From NCBI GenBank assembly GCA_003345545.1, contig PRDH01000027.1, forward strand, positions 1 through 28,166: a stretch of DNA of 28,166 bases. Direction: 5' to 3'. Shown here one piece after another: positions 8,989 to 16,200 of the stretch. This stretch comes from Candidatus Thorarchaeota archaeon (lineage in GTDB: Archaea; Asgardarchaeota; Thorarchaeia; Thorarchaeales; Thorarchaeaceae). How positions within the stretch are numbered: position 1 is the stretch's first letter; each line of letters opens with the position of its first letter. The notes under the pieces were generated by a model. That model was not told where the DNA came from and did not search any database. It saw only the letters and a program-made list of their open reading frames with translations. Both the position numbers and the translations under genes were made by a program.

Positions 8989-9492
8989 CTATTCACAGTC
9001 ATGGATGATGATATTGTAAATGGGCCACAGTGGCAAATCGAGAATATGATCACTGATCTTGATGATCTGATACGGATATGTCATGACCGCTGCAACAGCA
9101 CATCCCTCACCAGGGTGTGTTTCGTCAACGTAGACCACATAATACGCGTCAGTCATGATGATGCACGTGATGTTCGTCAAATACCCTGATGAACCGCGTT
9201 CTCCTTGGAACACAGCAACAAGCATCGCTGACGTAAAGTTGACGGCTGGCACATCTGGTATGGAGGAATGTCCGCTGTACAGCTCTAACCAAAGGTTCTC
9301 CCAGGCTGTTGCATTCTTGATAGTGAAAGCGGTTCTCTGTTCATAGTTGTAGCCTCCACCCGGATCGACCACCTCAAATGATATCTCGGTGCCAGAGAGA
9401 AGGCCGAGGTTTGGTCCAGCCAATACCAGAAAAGAGACCGCCAAGACAGCACAAACTGCAGTTCCTACAAGAGCTTTAGATAGAGTTTCCAT
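8989..9492 (-). CDS. Membrane-anchored/secreted protein with PrcB C-terminal domain
   Basis: N-terminal hydrophobic helix and PAVNF...AVFQGERGSSGY...PGEGC...VMTYPYQIIKI pattern. Contains NAT/NFT/NIT sequons. Confidence 0.75.
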   Translation of the reverse strand: METLSKALVGTAVCAVLAVSFLVLAGPNLGLLSGTEISFEVVDPGGGYNYEQRTAFTIKNATAWENLWLELYSGHSSIPDVPAVNFTSAMLVAVFQGERGSSGYLTNITCIIMTDAYYVVYVDETHPGEGCAVAAVMTYPYQIIKISDHILDLPLWPIYNIIIHDCE

Positions 9493-9630
9493 GGACTCCG
9501 CGCTCGTACGATATATGCCATGACGATATATAAAACAGTAATATCCTCTGCAACACAGATTCGTACCACACGCTCAGCAGCAGGTACGTCGTCTAGTGTT
9601 CTCTCTACATTCTTCTGACAGAAGCAATGA

Positions 9631-9748
9631 TGGTGCGGAGGGCGAGATTTGAACTCGCGGACCCCTACGAGATTTCCCTGAGGCACATAGAATTGCCTTC
9701 ATTAGGGACCTCAACCCTACGCCTTTGACCAGGCTTGGCAACCTCCGC
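9631..9748 (-). tRNA. tRNA-Leu(GAG) with 30-nt intron at position 43/44 (intron 9673-9702); CCA encoded
   Basis: GCGGAGG/CCTCCGC acceptor, TAGGG-TTGAGGT-CCCTA anticodon arm, long variable arm TCTCGTAGGGGT, GCGAG-TTCAAAT-CTCGC T arm and ACCA end. Confidence 0.93.
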
Positions 9749-9963
9749 AGTAGAAGAGCTCATCCCATGAGGATAATTCTCTCTCCCTTTTGCATCGGTG
9801 ATAAGCATTTCTGTTGACGTTCCTCGCTGGGTGAAGATGCGTCATTGGAGATTGTTGCATTTGTTTAAACAGCAGCAGTTCTGCAAAAATGAGAGTCTGT
9901 GGAACAGAGGGAGCCACGACAAAGCGACAGTTCGATCTGCTCTCATGTATTCGACTACTCTAA

Positions 9964-10047
9964 TTAGCGAGTAGTACCGGCAAGCCACTCAAACAGGCTT
10001 GATTTTGTCCTGTTCTGGTTCTCTTTCTTGTTCTTCTTATCGTTCAT
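9964..10047 (-). CDS. Candidate 27-aa small protein MNDKKNKKENQNRTKSSLFEWLAGTTR
   Basis: AAGGTGA SD 8 nt before the ATG, TATA-like CCTTATAC upstream, and a 7-bp hairpin over the stop codon. Below the ORF-track length cutoff. Confidence 0.4.
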   Translation of the reverse strand: MNDKKNKKENQNRTKSSLFEWLAGTTR

Positions 10048-10205
10048 TTCGTTTTTTCACCTTGTATCCATAAAGGTTCGTGAGAATGTGTATAAGGATG
10101 ATGAAACCTGCACATGCTTCAAAACCCAGCATTCAAGATATTCCTAGTTATTTCTGATTCACAGCCATTTTCGACGTTGAAAAGTCAGCTACAGAAGAGA
10201 AATAG

Positions 10206-10311
10206 TGGAGCCCCGGGTGGGATTCGAATTCGTGTTTTGATTCGAAATGAACCAAAAACCCACGGCGTTCTGCTTACGAAGCAGACGCTATAACCACTAA
10301 GCCACCGAGGC
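10206..10311 (-). tRNA. tRNA-Thr(CGT) with 30-nt intron at position 53/54 (intron 10229-10258); CCA encoded
   Basis: GCCTCGG/CCGGGGC acceptor, TCTGC-TTCGTAA-GCAGA anticodon arm, T arm GTGGG-[intron]-TTCGAAT-CCCAC, U73 discriminator and CCA. Confidence 0.93.
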
Positions 10312-10389
10312 TCGACTGAGCGATGGGCTACTCAAATCTCTAATAAAACTTTATCATGAAGCCCAGCCTCGTGATATTGAGGCTCTATC

Positions 10390-11382
10390 ATGAAGGCAGG
10401 TGAATTAGGCGAACGTGGTTTCATTGCCAGCATACGCAATTACGTCAATATGGTTAAGGGTGCAAGACTTGGGTTTGATGATGATGCATCAGACCTTCCT
10501 ATAACTGATAATGTGAACCTCGTTGTGAATGTTGACACCTTCGTTCGTAAGACAGACTGGCTGCCAGGAATGACGGCGGCGCAGGTTGGTCGAAAGACTG
10601 CGGTCATGTCTCTGAGCGATCTTGCTGCAAAAGGTGCAAAGCCAGTTTCTACCATGCTATCCCTGTGTGTACCGGAGGACTATGATGCTGCTGAGGCAAG
10701 TGAGCTTGTCCGCGGCTTCTCTCAATATGGCCTCAAGGCTGGCATTCCGCTGATTGGGGGTGACACGGGCATGGCCTCTGATGTCATACTGACTGGGGTA
10801 GCAATAGGTACTGCACCTCCCAATGGGATCATCGCACGCAATGGTGCAAAGGTTGGTGATATCGTGGTAGTCACCGGCCCTTTTGGACTCACATCAGTCG
10901 CATATGAGATACTACTTCGAGGGCAGGTGGCCAAACCGGAGCTTCGTGAAGGGGCACTTCTCGCCGCCTATAAACCCGCCATCAATCTCGATATTGTTCC
11001 GGCTCTTGCTGCGAGAGGTGCAGTGACAGCCTCCATGGATAGCAGTGATGGTCTGGGAATTACGCTGAACACTATCGCAGAACAGAGCAAGGTTCGCATT
11101 GTCATAGACCATCTGCCCGCTGCGAGAGGCGTTGAGGAATTTGCACAGACCCACACGCTCGATGAGATGAAACTTGTCATGCGGGGGGGTGAAGAGTTTC
11201 TACTTGCCATGACAATTCCGGAGTCAAAGTATGAGGAGGCAAATGACATTGCACGGTCAAAACAGGCCCCACTAATCAAGATAGGGTGTGCCCTGAAGGG
11301 GAAGGGAGTTGTCTATGAATCCTCTGAGGGAAATATCGCAGTTTCTTCATCGGGCTACGATAACTTCAAGGAATGGCGATAG
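10390..11382 (+). CDS. thiL: Thiamine-monophosphate kinase
   Basis: GE..FI, DDA, LSDLAAKGAKP, IGGDT, SMDSSDGL and GGEEF motifs. Confidence 0.92.
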   Translation: MKAGELGERGFIASIRNYVNMVKGARLGFDDDASDLPITDNVNLVVNVDTFVRKTDWLPGMTAAQVGRKTAVMSLSDLAAKGAKPVSTMLSLCVPEDYDAAEASELVRGFSQYGLKAGIPLIGGDTGMASDVILTGVAIGTAPPNGIIARNGAKVGDIVVVTGPFGLTSVAYEILLRGQVAKPELREGALLAAYKPAINLDIVPALAARGAVTASMDSSDGLGITLNTIAEQSKVRIVIDHLPAARGVEEFAQTHTLDEMKLVMRGGEEFLLAMTIPESKYEEANDIARSKQAPLIKIGCALKGKGVVYESSEGNIAVSSSGYDNFKEWR

Positions 11383-11397
11383 GTCGTAGAATGGTGA

Positions 11398-13128
11398 TTG
11401 AGTATGAAGGTGGACCGTGTTGCTCTAATCGATGGATACGTCGATGAGCCCACATGTCTTGGTGTTCCACCATATGTCAGCACATATCCTCGCTACATCG
11501 CAGGTGCAATCTGGGCTAAGAGTCCATTCACAGAGATACTGTATCAGACAATAGATCAGGTTCGGGTCAGCTTCACAGCTGCACAACAACGGTGGGCGAA
11601 GACCAATCTCATCATCCTGATAGCTGGAATGATAGTCCCTGGCAAGTATGTCGGAGGGACTCCTATATCGGTCCGAGAGGCAAAGGAGCTCTTCTCATCG
11701 CCTATTCTTGACCACATACCAAAGCTGCTAGTAGGGCCTTGGGCTCGATTTGGTTGCGGAATAGAGGGTGGAAGACTAGCTCTTGGGCCTGATGTATTAT
11801 CACCCCCATTCGATTTCATCGTGTCAGGGGACCCTGAGGTTGTTGTCAGCCAGGCTCTCGATGATGGTAACATGCTTGATTCCATTGACCTGGGCATGGT
11901 CCGTTCGAGTTCTCAGGAGATTGAACACTTCATAGAGCGGGGCACACGTATAGTCACTCAGCATCCTGGATTTGACAAGAACTATATCATATGCGAGATC
12001 GAGTCCTACCGAGGCTGTCCCCGATTTCTCACAGGAGGCTGCTCCTTCTGCGTTGAACCTTCATATGGTGAACCTCAGCAGAGAGCCTATTCAGCAATCG
12101 CTCAAGAGATTGCGGCTCTCAACAGCCTGGGCATACGCGCCTTCAGAATTGGTCATCAGGCAGACCTATTCACCTACGGCTCTACAGAGATGGGTGAGGA
12201 AGAGTTTCCCAGACCTAACCCAGATGCAATAGAACAGCTATTCTCAGCGACTCGTCGCGCTGCTTCGAATATTGAAGTGCTGCATATTGATAATGTCAAT
12301 CCGGGTACTATTGCACGTCATCCCAAGGAGTCAATTGCTGTTGCCAAGACCATAATCAAGTACCACACCCCTGGTGACGTTGCTGCGTTCGGCGTGGAGT
12401 CAGTGGATCCTGAGGTAATCCGTAGGAACAATCTCAAGGCAGATGCTGATGAAGTACTGGATGCGGTTCGTCTTCTGAATGAGGTGGGAAAGGCGCGGCC
12501 GCCCTGGGGTCTTCCACATCTCCTCCCGGGAATCAATCTTCTCTATGGACTCCCAGGGGAGAGTAAGAAGACGCTGGAGTACAATCTGATCTTCCTGCAA
12601 GAGCTTCTCAAGGAAGGTCTTCTTGTTCGCCGAATAAACATCCGGCAGGTGATTGGGCTTCCCGGCACTCGGATTGTGGATGAGCGAGCGGGAAGAATCA
12701 GAAGAAATGAGTTTTACAGGCATCGAGAAGAGGTGCGTGATACTATCGATGTCGAGATGATCAAGCGGGTTGCTCCTCTGGGCACGATTCTTGAATCTGC
12801 CTTCATTGAGGCTGATGAAGGCAATCATTACCTGCTCCGGCAACTAGGAACCTATCCCCTACTCTGTCATATGCCCAAGGGGAGAGAAGAGACAGGAAGA
12901 CGGTCCGTGTTCGTTGTTGACCATGGACCAAGGTCTCTTACAGTACTCCCATATCCCTTCAAGATACAGCAGGCAACTCTCTCACAGTGGAAGGTAGTAC
13001 CGGGGATTGGCGCAAAACGAGCAGTTCGCGTCAAAGGTGTAGAGCATGTAGCGGATTTGCAGCACCTAGAGGCACAACTCAAGATGGAGCTTCCGGATTG
13101 GTTTACTAGAACGCTCGATTATGATTAA
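11398..13128 (+). CDS. Uncharacterised radical SAM protein with C-terminal helix-hairpin-helix (COG1031-like)
   Basis: IDGYVDEPTCLGVPPY N-terminus, RGCPRFLTGGCSFC (Cx7Cx2C), HIDNVNPG, RRINIRQV and the VPGIGAKRA HhH. Start may be ATG 11404. Confidence 0.85.
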   Translation: MSMKVDRVALIDGYVDEPTCLGVPPYVSTYPRYIAGAIWAKSPFTEILYQTIDQVRVSFTAAQQRWAKTNLIILIAGMIVPGKYVGGTPISVREAKELFSSPILDHIPKLLVGPWARFGCGIEGGRLALGPDVLSPPFDFIVSGDPEVVVSQALDDGNMLDSIDLGMVRSSSQEIEHFIERGTRIVTQHPGFDKNYIICEIESYRGCPRFLTGGCSFCVEPSYGEPQQRAYSAIAQEIAALNSLGIRAFRIGHQADLFTYGSTEMGEEEFPRPNPDAIEQLFSATRRAASNIEVLHIDNVNPGTIARHPKESIAVAKTIIKYHTPGDVAAFGVESVDPEVIRRNNLKADADEVLDAVRLLNEVGKARPPWGLPHLLPGINLLYGLPGESKKTLEYNLIFLQELLKEGLLVRRINIRQVIGLPGTRIVDERAGRIRRNEFYRHREEVRDTIDVEMIKRVAPLGTILESAFIEADEGNHYLLRQLGTYPLLCHMPKGREETGRRSVFVVDHGPRSLTVLPYPFKIQQATLSQWKVVPGIGAKRAVRVKGVEHVADLQHLEAQLKMELPDWFTRTLDYD

Positions 13129-13141
13129 TGATGAAACAGAA

Positions 13142-13251
13142 TGGCGGGCCCGGTGCGATTTGAACGCACGGTTTCCAACTTAGAGGGCTGGCGCCCTGTC
13201 AACCAACACGATGCGCGGATTGCGCAATGTTCCTGGCTAGGCAACGGGCCC
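13142..13251 (-). tRNA. tRNA-Arg(TCT) with 32-nt D-loop intron at position 19/20 (intron 13200-13231); CCA encoded; C33
   Basis: GGGCCCG/CGGGCCC acceptor, D arm GCCT-AGCCAGG[intron]ACA-GGGC, CCAGC-CCTCTAA-GTTGG anticodon arm, GTGCG-TTCAAAT-CGCAC T arm and GCCA end. Confidence 0.92.
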
Positions 13252-13336
13252 TGCCGTTCTCCTCTTTTTGGATAGGACATAAAGCTTTCCGATAGACTCC
13301 TCCCTTATTGTGATGAGGACTGCGCTGGAGTGAAGG

Positions 13337-13371
13337 TTTATTAGCATACAAAGTACTTTGCAATACAAAGT
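13337..13371 (+). promoter_or_regulatory. TATA box plus inverted-repeat operator ACTTTG-N5-CAAAGT
   Basis: TTTATTAG 13337-13344; ACTTTG 13355-13360 with CAAAGT 13366-13371; an extra CAAAGT half-site at 13349-13354. Lies upstream of an operon encoding a wHTH regulator. Confidence 0.65.
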
Positions 13372-13390
13372 TAGTCGTTAGTGATAGAGA

Positions 13391-14023
13391 ATGAATGAAG
13401 AGAAAAAACTCAAATCGGTCGAAAGGGAGTCATTTCTTGAACTGATGCAGGACGGATTCACTGAAATTCTTGCAGGTATGATCTTTCTCGTATTTCCTGC
13501 CTTTTTCCTCGAACCAGGATTCCTGTTTATCTTCGTCATCTTCTACATCATTTTCATGCCGCAGGTAGTTGAAGCAATCAGGCGGAAGTACACATACCCC
13601 CGAATAGGATATGTAAAACTGCGTGAGGGTACGCCGCCGAAACTCACACTCGAAATACCGGTCGCTGTGTTAATCATCTTCGTTACGATAATTGCTGTCC
13701 TCTACATTGCGTCAATGGGCGTCATTGATAGGCTCTTCATCATGAAATGGATGCCAGCTGTCTTTGGATTCATCATGTGGGGTCCTTCACTCTACCTCAA
13801 GGATAAGACCGGCCAGAACAGGTACTATCTACCCGGAGCTCTCATGTCGCTAACAGGTGTAGTGATATCGCTCGCAGACTTCCTGCCAGCTGAACTCGGG
13901 ACTTCGATCTTTATGAATGGCTGGGGACTAGCGTTTACCATCTTGGGTCTTGTACGCTTTCTTCTATTCATCCGGAAGTATCCCGTGGCTGGTAGTCCGG
14001 AGGATGGCAGAAGTGAGCAGTGA
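13391..14023 (+). CDS. Integral membrane protein (YPRIGYVK family), co-transcribed with wHTH regulator
   Basis: DGFTEI..G and RRKYTYPRIGYVK motifs, about 6 TM segments, C-terminal RFLLFIRKYP. Confidence 0.8.
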   Translation: MNEEKKLKSVERESFLELMQDGFTEILAGMIFLVFPAFFLEPGFLFIFVIFYIIFMPQVVEAIRRKYTYPRIGYVKLREGTPPKLTLEIPVAVLIIFVTIIAVLYIASMGVIDRLFIMKWMPAVFGFIMWGPSLYLKDKTGQNRYYLPGALMSLTGVVISLADFLPAELGTSIFMNGWGLAFTILGLVRFLLFIRKYPVAGSPEDGRSEQ

Positions 14024-14327
14024 AGATAGCAGCCATCCAATAGAGATTGACAGACTCATTCATGAGCCGGCAAGACTGCAGATCATGACACAGCTCTATG
14101 TCGTCGAAGAGGCAGACTTTCTCTTTTTGATGCGGAAGACTGGACTCACCTGGGGAAATCTCTCATCACATATGAGTAGACTTGAAGCAGCAGGATATAT
14201 TGAGATAAAAAAGGAGTTCCTAGACAAGAAGCCCCACACCATTCTTCGGATGACAGCCAATGGCAGAGCCGCTTTCAACGATTATCAAGCTGCAATAAGG
14301 AAGGTCTTTGCTGACCTTCCTCGGTAG
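14013..14327 (+). CDS. Winged helix-turn-helix transcriptional regulator (ArsR/MarR-like HTH_34)
   Basis: IDRLIHEPARLQIM...DFLFL...GLTWGNLSSHMSRLEAAGYIEIKKEF..KKPHT...GRAAF. GTG 14013 (or ATG 14004) follows GGAGG. Confidence 0.88.
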   Translation: MSSEDSSHPIEIDRLIHEPARLQIMTQLYVVEEADFLFLMRKTGLTWGNLSSHMSRLEAAGYIEIKKEFLDKKPHTILRMTANGRAAFNDYQAAIRKVFADLPR

Positions 14328-14444
14328 GGAAGGAGATTAGAAACTGCCTCTCACCAACCGAGGTCTCCTGTGCCTGACACTCGGGCTCGCAATGGTTTCC
14401 ATATATGACTCAATGAGAATCTTCTCGGTCCTCTGTATGCATTC

Positions 14445-14897
14445 CTACACTATGTATGAGATAGGCGCCGGCGCGATACCTAGGAGTCGGTAGTATACAG
14501 TGATTTGCCCTCGATGGTGAATGCTATGTTCTAGCATCTCCAAGATGATCCCTCCCACTGCTCCAGGACGGCCGGAAGTCTTTATGACCCTCTTCAAGTC
14601 AAGAGCTGATAGTCTGCTAGTGTCTGCTCTCACCCTGTCAAAAACCTCTCTGGCAAGCTGGATGATTGCCTCAGATGTAGTATAGGTCTCAAGATTGTAT
14701 GGAAGAGGCTTCCAATTACCAGTCACAACTCCCTTCATGTAGAACTCTAATGACCTCAACAGGTGTAGCACCAACTCTCCAACCTCTCTACCCCCTGCGA
14801 CCGGTCTGTTCATGATGTCGATGCCATTGAGCTGCTCTATCAGAGGCAAGGTTTCTTCGAGGTGTCGCTTGATGGAGTCTTCGAGTAATTGATGCAT
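14445..14897 (-). CDS. DinB/YfiT-like four-helix protein
   Basis: REVGELVLHL and EHSIHHRGQITVYYRLLGIAP motifs. Confidence 0.85.
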   Translation of the reverse strand: MHQLLEDSIKRHLEETLPLIEQLNGIDIMNRPVAGGREVGELVLHLLRSLEFYMKGVVTGNWKPLPYNLETYTTSEAIIQLAREVFDRVRADTSRLSALDLKRVIKTSGRPGAVGGIILEMLEHSIHHRGQITVYYRLLGIAPAPISYIV

Positions 14898-14956
14898 CAT
14901 TCCAAATCTCTCATCCTTGCTAGAGGCAAGATTAGCTCAAAAGATGCTCGATGCAG

Positions 14957-15721
14957 CTACACACCCCGAAGCCCCTCACAGAATGCAAGTATGTTCTTGC
15001 CGAGGTCATCGAAATTGTATCCCCCCTCAAGCAGAGCATATCTTCGGCCATCGCATCTCTTCATTGCAAAATCATGCATCAGCACACCAATCTCGTGAAA
15101 GGCCTCTGTTGACAGGTTCTCTCCCCAATCATCCTCGTATTCGTCAAATCCTGCGGATGCCACGATGATATCAACATCGGGTGAGTCGTCGAGGTGCTTC
15201 TTGACATTCGCCAGATACTGCCTGTCGCCATGCCCCTCTGGATTATAGATATGGAACTTCTTGTCATCGCCAAGGATGTTGATATTTCCATCACCCGTAT
15301 GTAGGTCAAAATCCAAGATGAAGGCAGAGTCAATGAGTCCTCGAGATCTCAGATCAAGCAATGACACTGCGATATTGTTGAAGTAGCAATAGCCCCAGTG
15401 CGAGCTCTCAGACGCATGATGACCGGGTGGTCGAATGAGAGCAAAGCATGGTTCACCCCTCACAGCGATTTCTCCAGCCAGAATGGCTCCTCCAGCGGCA
15501 AGATAGGCCATCTTCGCGAGCAGCTCATCTCTTTCAACATCTAGAATCAGACTCCTGGAGTGAGCTCTGAGTATCTGTTCTCTACTTGCGGGCCCTGGCT
15601 GAATGAACTTGTATTCTGAGTGCCTACTGAGTATCTCAACCGCAGACTCCAGTCTTCCCAGTTCTCCCGCGGGTGTATCATCGTATGACTGCAACATCAG
15701 AGGATGATAGACAATCTTCAC
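14957..15721 (-). CDS. Zn-dependent histone deacetylase family protein (AcuC/AphA-like)
   Basis: RPPGHHA, GYCYFNN, LDFDLHTGDG, ASAGFD and LEGGY catalytic motifs. Confidence 0.92.
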   Translation of the reverse strand: MKIVYHPLMLQSYDDTPAGELGRLESAVEILSRHSEYKFIQPGPASREQILRAHSRSLILDVERDELLAKMAYLAAGGAILAGEIAVRGEPCFALIRPPGHHASESSHWGYCYFNNIAVSLLDLRSRGLIDSAFILDFDLHTGDGNINILGDDKKFHIYNPEGHGDRQYLANVKKHLDDSPDVDIIVASAGFDEYEDDWGENLSTEAFHEIGVLMHDFAMKRCDGRRYALLEGGYNFDDLGKNILAFCEGLRGV

Positions 15722-15789
15722 AATACTCCATTGCGTCTTCTATCATTTGTATCTGTGGGTGCTAGTTGCCGGTTGTTGAAATCGCATGA

Positions 15790-15835
15790 TAAAAAGAATT
15801 CAGTGGGCAGTACAGGCTCGCGGCCTGCCTGTCCA
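15790..15835 (-). terminator. Putative terminator downstream of rpl12 (hairpin + oligo-T)
   Basis: TGGGCAG..CAGGC-TCGCG-GCCTG.CTGTCCA inverted repeat at 15804-15835, followed on the minus strand by TCTTTTT. Confidence 0.4.
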
Positions 15836-15874
15836 GTTTGTGTATGAGATTTGGTGCGAGCAAGAAGAAAAGGT

Positions 15875-16180
15875 CTAACCGAATAGACTTCCAAGTCCAG
15901 CGGTGAACTCTTCCTCTTTCTCTTCCTTCTTCTTCTCTTCCTTCTTGCCCTCAGCTGGTGCTGCTGCTCCGCCGGCTGCGGCTGGAGCTGCTGCTACTGG
16001 CATGGCGGCTGCACTCTTCAAGGCCTCATCGATATTGACACCTTCAAGTGCGGCAAGCAACGCTTTGACTCTGCCCTTGTCAGGTGTGGCACCTGCCGCG
16101 GTCAGAACTTCTTCCATTGCCTTGGCTGACAGTTTTTGGCCAGTCTTGTGGAGCAGAAGTGCTGCGTATACATATTCCAT
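15875..16180 (-). CDS. rpl12: 50S ribosomal stalk protein P1/L12
   Basis: [11 protein letters not shown], Ala-rich hinge and GLGSLFG end. Confidence 0.97.
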   Translation of the reverse strand: MEYVYAALLLHKTGQKLSAKAMEEVLTAAGATPDKGRVKALLAALEGVNIDEALKSAAAMPVAAAPAAAGGAAAPAEGKKEEKKKEEKEEEFTAGLGSLFG

Positions 16181-16200
16181 TGTTCTTACCTCTTGATTGT

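Noticed and set aside
10098-10157. ATGATGA ... CTGA spaced 60 nt apart, resembling a C/D box sRNA
   Set aside because: No recognisable D'/C' boxes, terminal stem or guide complementarity. The motif pair can occur by chance.
8800-10205. Integrated element at tRNA-Leu or tRNA-Thr 3' ends
   Set aside because: No integrase and no duplicated tRNA 3' end (att) seen.
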